This document shows, in pieces, positions 33,583-42,700 of a stretch of DNA of 64,000 nt. The stretch lies in the IMG/VR virus record IMGVR_UViG_3300035181_001974; one strand, given 5' to 3'. The translations under genes were made by a program, and so were the position numbers. Within the stretch, counting starts at the first letter, position 1, and every line of letters starts with the position of its first letter. Under the pieces are notes generated by a model. That model had not been told where the DNA came from and ran no database searches. It saw nothing but the letters and a program-made list of their open reading frames with translations. This DNA comes from a virus.

Positions 33583-33657
33583 TATTGGAGGTTATCGCAA
33601 AGGTAGCGGGGAGGGCCCCAAGGGTTCGAATTCCTCCTCTTCCGCCATAGTTACTGG
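33583..33657 (+). tRNA. tRNA-like gene, unresolved
   Basis: T-arm-like AAGGGTTCGAATTCC and 3' CTTCCGCCA end; 5' half not resolved. Confidence 0.2.
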
Positions 33658-33659
33658 AC

Positions 33660-34043
33660 ATGAAGATTACCCTTGGCAAACTGAGGAACCTCATTAAAGA
33701 GGTTGTCTTGGCAGAATCGTATCCGACTTGGGATAAGTCGACCCGTAAGCAGCAGATTGAGCCTGAGCCTGAGTATTCGGACCTCTACGACGAAGAAGGC
33801 TACGATTACATGGATGATGACATCGTGGAGCCTCCTCTAGAGAATCCTCCGCTCGATGGTGAAGTCTCGCCCGAAGAACCCGCGAGCCCGTATGAGGACA
33901 TGGACCCACCCACCAGGATCCCGTTGAAGGGCGGCGATGAGGTTGATGCTCTGACCGGATGGAAGAATATGTTGAAGTGGAAGCCTGGTCAGCGCGCGGC
34001 AGCAAAGAACTCATACAACCGACGTTTGAGGCGAGCAGGTTGA
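33660..34043 (+). CDS. hypothetical protein, paralog family (N-terminus MKITLGKLRNLIKEVV), acidic middle
   Basis: 127-aa ORF; N-terminal 17 aa resemble ORF 25370..25756. Confidence 0.45.
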   Translation: MKITLGKLRNLIKEVVLAESYPTWDKSTRKQQIEPEPEYSDLYDEEGYDYMDDDIVEPPLENPPLDGEVSPEEPASPYEDMDPPTRIPLKGGDEVDALTGWKNMLKWKPGQRAAAKNSYNRRLRRAG

Positions 34044-34057
34044 GGGACGCAGGTTAC

Positions 34058-34129
34058 AATAGCACAGTGCAGGTGTAGTTCAGTAGTAGAACATCTCGTT
34101 GCCAATGAGATGGTCGTGGGTTTGAATTT
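34058..34129 (+). tRNA. tRNA-Gly(GCC)-like with weak, AT-rich T-stem
   Basis: perfect acceptor GCAGGTG/CACCTGC, D GTTC AGTAGTA GAAC, anticodon stem TCTCG/TGAGA, loop TTGCCAA, T-loop TTTGAAT, CCA encoded. Confidence 0.4.
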
Positions 34130-34153
34130 TATCACCTGCTCCAAAATTCAAGT

Positions 34154-34224
34154 GCGGGTCTGGTATAGTGGTTGTGCCCTAGCCTTCCAAGCTAGAGAGA
34201 TCGGTTCGATTCCGGTGACCCGCT
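34154..34224 (+). tRNA. tRNA-Gly(TCC)
   Basis: perfect acceptor GCGGGTC/GACCCGC, anticodon stem CTAGC/GCTAG, loop CTTCCAA, T-arm ATCGGTTCGATTCCGGT, CCA encoded. Confidence 0.55.
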
Positions 34225-34368
34225 CCAGCAAGTAATCACCACCAAGGCCGTCCCCAATGGCCTACATGTGAAAGCTTTTGTGATCGTGGCGTAGTGGTAT
34301 CGTACCACCGACGATCTAGGGCTATCGATGACATCGATGGCGACGAATGTTTTTCTGTGAAGAAAGTC

Positions 34369-34986
34369 ATGAAATCATATCCCTCAATCCCCTACGCCAC
34401 CGAGTGCCGAGTCCCAATCGTCGCCTTCGACAAGCTCGACGGGTCCAACGTCCGCGCCGAGTGGTCGCGCAAAAAAGGCTTCTACAAGTTCGGCACCCGC
34501 ACGCGGCTAGTGGACGCATCCGATCCTGTCTTCGGTAAGGTGCCCGGACTGATCAACGACAAGTACGGCAAGGGCATCGACGAGGTGCTCAAGGAATCGA
34601 AGTGGGTCTCGGCCTGCTGCTTCTTCGAATTTTGGGGGCCCAATAGTGCCTTCGGCATGCACGACCTCAAGGAAGACCAGACGGTAACCCTGATCGACGT
34701 GGCGCCCTTCGGCGCCGGCATTCTGGAGCCTGAGCTCTACCTGAAGTTGTTTGGTCACCTCGACCACGCCAAGGTCTTGTACGAAGGCGAAGTGACGGAA
34801 GCCTTCATAGAGAGCGTTCGGGACGGTTCGCTGCCCGGCATGACCTTTGAAGGCGTCGTCTGCAAAGGCAAGAACGACAAGAAAACCAAGGCACCCGTGA
34901 TGTTCAAGCAGAAGTCGCGGGCCTGGTTCGACAAGCTGAAGGCTTACTGCGGCGACAATAACGAGTTGTTCCGGACTCTACGGTAA
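34369..34986 (+). CDS. small nucleotidyltransferase-superfamily RNA ligase-like protein (KxDG)
   Basis: motif I FDKLDGSNVRAEW, downstream EFWGPNS and EGVVCKGKNDKK (motif IV/V-like); true start likely ATG 34369 (MKSYPSIPY). Confidence 0.55.
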   Translation: MKSYPSIPYATECRVPIVAFDKLDGSNVRAEWSRKKGFYKFGTRTRLVDASDPVFGKVPGLINDKYGKGIDEVLKESKWVSACCFFEFWGPNSAFGMHDLKEDQTVTLIDVAPFGAGILEPELYLKLFGHLDHAKVLYEGEVTEAFIESVRDGSLPGMTFEGVVCKGKNDKKTKAPVMFKQKSRAWFDKLKAYCGDNNELFRTLR

Positions 34987-34994
34987 CATAACAA

Positions 34995-35067
34995 CCGCCC
35001 GGGTCGGAGTGGTCCTCCGAGCGCGTCTTATAAGCGCGCCAAGCCGGTTCAATTCCGGACGGTCGGA
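34995..35067 (+). tRNA. tRNA with anticodon loop CTTATAA (TAT; Ile-UAU-like)
   Basis: acceptor CCGCCCG/CGGTCGG (6/7), D TCGG AGTGGTCCT CCGA, anticodon stem CGCGT/GCGCG, T-arm GCCGGTTCAATTCCGGA. Confidence 0.4.
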
Positions 35068-35105
35068 CCGTTGAAGTACACGTGGGCATGGAGTAGAATC
35101 ATCCC

Positions 35106-35495
35106 ATGGCAGATCGTCCTGACGTGAAGGTAGCACTTGCAAAGTTGGTTATGCGTCATGAGAGGCTAATTAACGCCCTGTCTGACGGTTTCTTCGACGT
35201 TGTTAAGCTGCTGATTCCTCAGGTTGAGAGGTGTAACGCAGGGGAGTGCAGTGTTCCGGCGACAGTCCGGCACAAGCGCCTCAACGTTGCCATGTGCGAT
35301 CATCACTGCGCGGCGGCAATCGTCAATGCTGAAAAGAACCTCATCAAGTCACAGCCAAGAGACACCCTCAACTCAATCCGAGGGACCCTGATGAAGGAAG
35401 AAGATTGGGACGACGTTCCCAATGCCGAGAGCATCAGGCGACTCACGGATTACCTAGGATTGGTGGGCAACTCTTCTAGCCACACGATCAATTGA
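35106..35495 (+). CDS. hypothetical protein
   Basis: 129-aa ORF. Confidence 0.4.
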   Translation: MADRPDVKVALAKLVMRHERLINALSDGFFDVVKLLIPQVERCNAGECSVPATVRHKRLNVAMCDHHCAAAIVNAEKNLIKSQPRDTLNSIRGTLMKEEDWDDVPNAESIRRLTDYLGLVGNSSSHTIN

Positions 35496-35504
35496 GGGAA
35501 CACC

Positions 35505-35966
35505 GTGAAAAAAATCCGCATTGAGTTGAAGAACAAGGCGTTGGGCAAGCCCTTCAGGTTCTTCGATTCTGCCGAGGCGCTCTACCTCTGGCTAAACGAC
35601 GTGGGTGCAGGTCCCGATCCAGATGGCTCGTCAGTGGTGACGTTGTTGCCCGGTGACTTTCTTGAAGTTGAGTGGCGTGGTTGTGAGTTCGCTCACGAGG
35701 GAGCCGATCGCTATCGACGTCTCGACTACGTGAGGTTCGCCAAGGGCTCACCGACCAAGAACGCCTCTGGGCTGGTTGTCTCAGTCGATCACGGTTGGGT
35801 CGCTGATGATACGTTCATCTTTCGCGATATTGAAGACGAACTCACGCGCACCAGGCTGCTGACCTCTGAGGCTGAGTGGCGCCTCGATTTGGATGCTCTG
35901 TTCCAGGACGGCAGCGACGATCCAGATGAGGAGGATCCTGATGGAAGCGACGTTGAAGACGGGTGA
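35505..35966 (+). CDS. hypothetical protein with acidic C-terminus
   Basis: 153-aa ORF, GTG start, DDPDEEDPDGSDVEDG tail. Confidence 0.4.
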   Translation: MKKIRIELKNKALGKPFRFFDSAEALYLWLNDVGAGPDPDGSSVVTLLPGDFLEVEWRGCEFAHEGADRYRRLDYVRFAKGSPTKNASGLVVSVDHGWVADDTFIFRDIEDELTRTRLLTSEAEWRLDLDALFQDGSDDPDEEDPDGSDVEDG

Positions 35967-36236
35967 TCTGGTCAGATTCATCGACATGTATGAGAGGACT
36001 CATGCCGAGGCTATCATCGTCAAGCGCTTGACAGAGGCGGACTTCGTCACCCATCGCTTCGCTTGAAGCATGATACAGTGATGATCGTCCTCGTTGAGAC
36101 GATGCCAAAGTCTACCAGATACTGCGCGACGAAATGCAAATGCAGCCGAGCGATGATCCCGGCGGGCTATTCATCGTACTCAACCGCGCAGAAGATCAGT
36201 GGTCGCTGTGTCTAACCTCTAACGGCATCTACGCAA

Positions 36237-36860
36237 TCAAATCTTGTTCCTTGATCGCGGTTGCAGCGGAGGATATGGGTGTGGCATCGGCTTCGACTGG
36301 TGCACAATGTGTCGCGCAATCACCTTGACGTCAGGGTGTTTGTCCTGCAGGGCGCGGACTGCCTCAACATTCTTGCTCGAGTCATCAAAGAACTCAATCA
36401 AGTGCAGGTCATCACGCACGATGCGGGCATCGATCCAATTGGCTTTGGCCTGCGGGTTGGAGGTGCCCAGAGCAATGACCTCAATCCCGTCAAATCCTGC
36501 TTGATGCAGGAACTGATGAATGGGCGCTGTCGCGTGGCGTGCTGTCAGGATGACGACACCACTAGGTCCGTACTTGTCGTAGATGTTCTTTAGGACGCGG
36601 CCCGTCCAGACGTAGGCCTTGGGCTCGATCAACTGACCAAACTCAGTGAAGTCAAACTGCTCGTCGGGCGTAGGCTGGTAGACAGCAAATTCTCCCGGCA
36701 ACAATGACTTCCGCGAACCATCGGGTCGAATGACCCAGACCTTGGAACCTGTCTGCGCCAGAGTGTCATCGAAGTCGAACACACGCAGTTTTCGCGGGCC
36801 GATGACTTCCAGGACGAGACCCTCGACGCACTCTTTCAAGAGTTTCGTCTTGGATTGCAT
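36237..36860 (-). CDS. HAD-family polynucleotide 3'-phosphatase (T4 Pnk phosphatase-domain-like); no kinase P-loop seen
   Basis: DxDxT motif LRVFDFDDTLA, downstream VVILTAR and IEFFDDS motifs; start taken at the internal Met (MQSKTKLL). Confidence 0.55.
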   Translation of the reverse strand: MQSKTKLLKECVEGLVLEVIGPRKLRVFDFDDTLAQTGSKVWVIRPDGSRKSLLPGEFAVYQPTPDEQFDFTEFGQLIEPKAYVWTGRVLKNIYDKYGPSGVVILTARHATAPIHQFLHQAGFDGIEVIALGTSNPQAKANWIDARIVRDDLHLIEFFDDSSKNVEAVRALQDKHPDVKVIARHIVHQSKPMPHPYPPLQPRSRNKI

Positions 36861-36937
36861 GTATAATCGTACATGGTCTCGACGCAGTGTATTAGTCCGT
36901 CCCGGCATGGTATGCTAGAGTAACTAGGAGGCATGAG

Positions 36938-38209
36938 ATGAAGCCGTTGGTGTTGGAGTACCTGCGTTCCCATACGTTCCGTGAGCTCGAGGACGAGCAC
37001 GGTGTCTGTGCGCGGCCCAACTCGCGCTTCGATAAGTTCTCACTCAACTATGATCAGATCTTGGCGAAGTCGGGCAATGCCTTGATGGAACAGTGCCGCG
37101 GCATGGTGATTCGTCCATCTCGCGAGCAGACGGAGCAGTTCCTCCACGATGAGGCCCGGCGTGGTGGCGCGCCTCTGTCGACAGCAAAGTGGCGCGACCG
37201 CGTCGTAGGCGACTGCGAGCTGTTGGCCTGGCCCATGAATCGCTTCTACAACCACGGCGATGTCGCGGCCGCGGGGGTCGACTGGTCGGATCCCGAGCTC
37301 CGCGTCTACGAGAAGCTCGATGGCACGTGTTGCATCGTCTACTGGGACGAACTTCATGGTCAGTGGCACGTCGGTACGCGGTCGGTTCCCGAGGCTGACC
37401 TGCCGATCCGCAAGGATGACATGTCGATCGGCAACATGACGTTCCGCGACCTGTTCTTCAAGGCCCTGATCGAGACCCGTGAGGCGAACTCGGGCCAAAA
37501 GCTAGACTGGGTTCCGAGCGACTTCGATCAGGTCGTTCATCTCAACAAGGAACTGACGTACGTCTTCGAGCTAACGAGCCCGCACAACCGCATCGTGGTT
37601 CGCTATGACGAGCCTCGTGTGACGCTGTTGGCGATTCGTCACACGGCATCGGGCAATGAATCGGTCATCGAGGAGCTGCAACTGCAGCACGTCAACCGGC
37701 CGCAGCGTTGGAAGTTGTCGGAACCGAAGGCGCTGGCAGCGTTTGTTGAGGCGGCGGACCCATCAAAGTTGGAAGGCGCGGTCGTCGTTGACTCGAATTT
37801 CAACCGTCAGAAGGTCAAGTCTCGGGCCTGGGTCCTGTCTTCCAAAGCGAAGGACCTAGTGACTGTCTCGAAGCGATCCGCAGTCGAGGCCATCATCCGC
37901 GGCACGATTGATGACGTCATCCCGTTGGTCGAGGCCGACGTGGCTGGGGAGCTGCGTTCGATGCAGGCTGCGGTGCGCGAGTATCTCATCTCTGTCGATC
38001 GCAACTTCGAGGCCTGGCGTGATTACGCAGCGGGTTCGCGGAAGCTCTTCGCTGAGAAGGTGATGCAGTCCAACGATTGGGCGGCGCCCTACTTCAACTT
38101 GTGGGAAAGCCGTGCGGCCAATGCCCGCGAGTGGTGTGAGTTGATGGCGTCCAAGGAAAAGCTCAACGCCTCGTCCTACGACACCATCCTGAATAAGATC
38201 GGCCGCTGA
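36938..38209 (+). CDS. ATP-dependent RNA ligase (Rnl-type)
   Basis: motif I YEKLDGTCCIVYWD, 423 aa, further nucleotidyltransferase motifs (FELTSPHNRIV, EGAVVVD); RBS TAGGAGG. Confidence 0.7.
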   Translation: MKPLVLEYLRSHTFRELEDEHGVCARPNSRFDKFSLNYDQILAKSGNALMEQCRGMVIRPSREQTEQFLHDEARRGGAPLSTAKWRDRVVGDCELLAWPMNRFYNHGDVAAAGVDWSDPELRVYEKLDGTCCIVYWDELHGQWHVGTRSVPEADLPIRKDDMSIGNMTFRDLFFKALIETREANSGQKLDWVPSDFDQVVHLNKELTYVFELTSPHNRIVVRYDEPRVTLLAIRHTASGNESVIEELQLQHVNRPQRWKLSEPKALAAFVEAADPSKLEGAVVVDSNFNRQKVKSRAWVLSSKAKDLVTVSKRSAVEAIIRGTIDDVIPLVEADVAGELRSMQAAVREYLISVDRNFEAWRDYAAGSRKLFAEKVMQSNDWAAPYFNLWESRAANAREWCELMASKEKLNASSYDTILNKIGR

Positions 38210-38225
38210 AGGCTGAACACAACCG

Positions 38226-38268
38226 GGGGTATTACGCGAATATTCGTGGGTGCCCCCGTGTTCCATTT
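38226..38268 (+). terminator. putative terminator hairpin after RNA ligase
   Basis: ACCGGGGG ... CCCCCGTG stem followed by TTCCATTTGG. Confidence 0.25.
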
Positions 38269-38310
38269 GGGCCTTCCCACGGGCCCGGAATGTGTTACGG
38301 TGGTTAGAGG

Positions 38311-38505
38311 GTGCCCGATACTTACGTTTCGGAGGTTAACATGATCGTAATTGATTTGGGCAGTGAGGGGGAAGACGTCGTGGTTACTCGCAATGATGGT
38401 CCGCCCGTCGACAAGGCAGAACAAGAGCGACTACGCCACGAGCGGTGGTACGAGTACCTAAAGCGAGCTCCTCAACCCCAAGTGATTCTGGTTGAGAAGC
38501 CTTAG
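38311..38505 (+). CDS. hypothetical small protein (ends TAG TAG)
   Basis: 64-aa ORF with RBS GGAGG. Confidence 0.35.
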   Translation: MPDTYVSEVNMIVIDLGSEGEDVVVTRNDGPPVDKAEQERLRHERWYEYLKRAPQPQVILVEKP

Positions 38506-39770
38506 TAGCGACCGTTCTCTGCTGCAAAAACGGCGGTGAACCAAGAACCTGGTCGTGCCACGTCGCACACGCGCAAGGCATTGACGTAAGTGTTCGGGTA
38601 CTCGCTGTTATTGGGATCTGACCCGGTGCACCAGCTCCCGCAAGCGTCTGCTCCCGCATTGTTCCAATCGATCGTGCTACTGCCAAATGCGGGTGACGTA
38701 TAGACGAGATTACCGTTGACATACACTCGATACTTGCTGTCAGCTTGATCGAACGTCAGACCTACGAAGACCCACTCTCCATACGGGATAATCTTGGGCG
38801 TGTCAAACTGAAAACGTGTGCCTGCTCCGTCGGGGCCCAATGTGAGGTACAATGACGTGGTATTGTCAGAGTGCCAGGTCATCAACACAGTGGCAAATGG
38901 CGCAAACCAGCCGTAAGCCGACCCTGTAATGCGATACCGTTTGTAGAACAATAACGTATCAGATGCGGCCAAGAGCTTAAACCAACCAGCAACAGTGAAG
39001 CTACCCGTCGGTGATAGGTTACCTGATGTTCCAGCTGGGCCGCCAAGGTACGACCAACCAGAGTGAAAAACGCACTGTGTCACTCGACCAAATTGACACG
39101 GGATATCTTGACCTGCAGTGCCAAGCTGCGTTGCATCATAGCCAACTATAGTTCCATAGTTGAGGTACGGACCTCCTGGTGTAGTGTCGTCAAACTTCCA
39201 CAAGATTTTGTCGTGTGAATCGAGAGGATAAAGCGATGCGGCTCCTCCACCAGCACCATTGGTCGCACCCCCGCCCCCGCTGGTGCCAGTCTTCGTCAAC
39301 AGGATCCAGATGCGTTCCGGGCCAGACCAGACAAAGCCACACGAGTCGTATGGTGTAGTCATACTGACGGGTGACGCACTGCCATCGATCGGCGTCTTAC
39401 CATCGGCGCTGCCGTAGACGTCGATTCTAGCGTTGCCTGCGCTGCCAGAAACATCCTTAATGAAGTGAAGTTGACCATCCCTGGGCTTGGCCGGCAGGTT
39501 GACGCGAATGATGTTTGTTGACGGTGTGTATGCGTTAATAATGCAGGCGACGGTGTCGTACGGCTTCAGGTTGATGATGCCGTTGTTCGCTGGCGCGGTT
39601 CGGTACGTCGTCACGTTGACAGACAGACTGCCCAACACAGACAGTTCGGTTGGATTGCCGGCCATGCCGACCTGCACGGCGCCCGGAAAGGCAACACGCG
39701 AGATCTTGCCCGTGTTGACGTCCTTGACGAACACAAAGAATGAGTGCGCTGCGTCGTCCTTCGTCGGCAT
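38502..39770 (-). CDS. tail-fibre-like structural protein
   Basis: 422 aa, Gly-rich GGGGATNGAGGGAAS segment; first gene of the long minus-strand structural operon. Confidence 0.45.
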   Translation of the reverse strand: MPTKDDAAHSFFVFVKDVNTGKISRVAFPGAVQVGMAGNPTELSVLGSLSVNVTTYRTAPANNGIINLKPYDTVACIINAYTPSTNIIRVNLPAKPRDGQLHFIKDVSGSAGNARIDVYGSADGKTPIDGSASPVSMTTPYDSCGFVWSGPERIWILLTKTGTSGGGGATNGAGGGAASLYPLDSHDKILWKFDDTTPGGPYLNYGTIVGYDATQLGTAGQDIPCQFGRVTQCVFHSGWSYLGGPAGTSGNLSPTGSFTVAGWFKLLAASDTLLFYKRYRITGSAYGWFAPFATVLMTWHSDNTTSLYLTLGPDGAGTRFQFDTPKIIPYGEWVFVGLTFDQADSKYRVYVNGNLVYTSPAFGSSTIDWNNAGADACGSWCTGSDPNNSEYPNTYVNALRVCDVARPGSWFTAVFAAENGRY

Positions 39771-39773
39771 CGT

Positions 39774-42700
39774 TTAGACCGTCAAGTTGCCAAAGACATT
39801 GGACGTGAACGTGATGATCGACTGGTTTAGCGCCGCCGGGTTGGGGTCTGGGCGATTCACGGCTTGACCGTCAAAGTACGGCATCGACGATGTAGCCTCA
39901 GTGCTCAAGTTCTGCGACCAGGTGTTTTCTGGCGGTGTGATCCTGCCTTGTGAGTCGACGAAGGTAACTTGCACCGCACTGCGTAGAACTCCAGCCTTAT
40001 TGTCGGCGGTGTCGGTCGCCTGGTAGTACTTGGTGAACGGGCGCTGCTCGAGCATATCACGGTTTTGACCGTAACGATCACGACGGAACGTAGCGTGGCT
40101 CTTGACCGGCAGTCCGTTATAGAGCCCGTATTTCCAACCTCTGATGATCGGACCGACCAGGTACGTTGCGTATAGGCCCTTTGCAATTTCTTGGTCACGC
40201 CAAGCAGGTTGATTGTTGCAACCCGCCACTGACGATGACGTATAATCTGGCGTGACGTTAGGCCAACTTCCGGTGACCTTTTGGGGCACCATGGTGTTGA
40301 TGTCACCATAGCCATACATGACCCTGATCATATCATCTGGCGACAGTGAGCTGGTGAGGTAATAGGGCGACGATCTTCGAAGGTCAACGTCAGCAGCGAT
40401 CTGCCAGGAGATGGCGAACTGATTCAATGCCAAGTGTAGATAATCTTCAAAGAATCCAACGTGAGGCGTAGTGCCAACAAAGATTGGATAGAACGTGTCG
40501 ATTTCGTGCGGGGTGATCGGAGAGATCATGTTTGACCCACTCGAGTATTCGCGCTCAGCCACCAGCGACTTTGACATGCCTATTGAGCGAGGAATGTCGC
40601 TGTAGCGCGGCTCAAATGGATAAGACCACGTCCAAACGCCGTTAGCGAGGGATTCGATTGTCTCGCTAGCCGAGTCCACTTGATTGTTGAAATAGAGGTA
40701 GCCCACTGTTGGACCTACCTTGACTTTCGTCGAGTCAAACGGCGCGGGTGGAACGTCGCCATTCTTCAAGATCCAGATTCCATTGCCACTTGCCTTGAGG
40801 CACTGCGCGAGGTCTGGAACCATAGAATCATAGTATGTCTCAGAATCAGACAGGAGCTGAGTGACAATGGGCCGGTTTGCTCGCTCGTACCACGGCTGCA
40901 ATCTGAATGACTTCGAGTTGTTCTGCTGAACCTCGTACGAGGTGATTGGAGAAGAGGCGGGCGCGGGCTGCGAACGAGCATCCAACCTCTGAAAGACCTT
41001 GCCCCGCGAGCCGGTCACAAAGTAGCGGCTGCCTCCTGACGAGACGATCGACAACATGCTTCCGGTGATGTAGTCGTCCGTGTACGTCCCCCAGTACGAA
41101 CCAGGGTACTCTACGTTGTACTGATCGAGTACAGGATCATCGCCGATCGTCTCGTGAATTGTGTCAGAACTCAGTGGCTGGTTCAATGTGCTGTGTCGTT
41201 CCCTTGATTCCCGCAGCAACGTGCCGTACAACGTGATCTTGATGGTCCCCGTCGGCAGTGTCACATCGTGACGTAGTGATGCGGTGAAGTAATCCACCGG
41301 CAACGACGACGTCAAATTGTCCTGACCGTTTGTGAAGATCGACGGTCGCATCTTGGAAAGCGCCAACGTCAACTTATCGCCAGGCAGGACCAGATAGGGT
41401 GACGGGTAGGTGCTGCCGACGTTGATGGCAGAGATGACTGCGGCAACGAAGTTGGGATCATTGATCGCGTTTTGGTAGTTCTGCGGCAGTGAGCTCGTCG
41501 ATGAGGTGGTCGAGGCAGAGATGAAGAGGGGATTCTTGAACTGTCCTCGTGAGTTGATAGACGTCTGAGTGGTAACGAACTCTTTTCCGAATACTGAGCG
41601 TCCCGAGGGGTTGAACCCGGTCGCGGCTCGACCAAATGGATCAACGTCCTTGACGACAGTGATGCCGCTACCGCCTTCGAAGATCTCGGTCGTCGAATTG
41701 ACGTCGACGGTTGGGCTCGTCAACCACTTCAACACATTGACGCGGTTGCTTTCGATGTCAGGGTCTGCAAAGATAGACGTGTACTCTGCAATAATTCCAT
41801 TTGAAACGCCCGCGATGGTCGGAATCTCGATGCTACCCGTGAAGTAGTTGTCACCATCAGGTCGCACAACGCTCGAGGGCGTGGCGTTGTATGAGACGAA
41901 GCCTTCAGGAGAGAAGATCCAGGCTGGCAGAATGCCTATGCCGGTATAGTAGTAGACCTTGGTCGCCTTGACGTTTGCGTAGTTATCACCCAACGGGATG
42001 ACGGTTCCTGACGTGATCAGGTCGCGGTACGTGTTGGGCCCGGCTTGCTGTTGGTTGAAGAGCGAGACCGTGATTGCAGGGCCAGCGAAGTCGTACGTAT
42101 AGAAGTTGATGCCACCGTTATAGGCTGAAGTAATCGGAACGCTTGTGGTCGTTCTATCGTTGAACCAGCCAGGACCCATTGTCATCGGAATCTCGAAGAT
42201 GACCTTCTCGATCAAGAATGGGTGGTTGATGGGCAGTTCAAACTGCTCGTCTGAGGTCGCAAGGTATTTCGGATTCGTCTGGACACTATTCGGGTACTGC
42301 CTTGACAGAATGCTGCTTAGCTTGTCGAGGTTGAGATTGAACGGTGGTGGGCTACTGAATCCCAACACGGCGTCTGTCTGCTGTCCCAGATTTTGGTTGT
42401 GTGATCCAGATGAGATGGAGTTGCCGAGCGCACCGAAACCTCGAGCATCTTCAGGATTGACGAGGTAATCGAGCGCCGCCAGCGGATCACTCAGGTCGTA
42501 ATTTCCGTGTCCAAGATTCGTGACAACGTTTCGAGGAACGTACCACCCGCGTGACTGCACATTGTAGTAATAGATGCTGGACGTTGTCTCAAACATCCAG
42601 GTCGCATATTCAATCGGTAGCTCGAGTTTAATCTGAGTCTTGGCTGACAGCGGTTCCTTCAGGTTATCGCCGAAGATGTCGACGTTTGAGCCCGTGGCAT

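Noticed and set aside
36237-36908. Full 223-aa track ORF as bifunctional polynucleotide kinase-phosphatase
   Set aside because: No Walker A/P-loop (GxxxxGK[ST]) is present. Only the HAD phosphatase half is supported, and the first 16 codons lack an RBS, so the start was moved to the internal Met.
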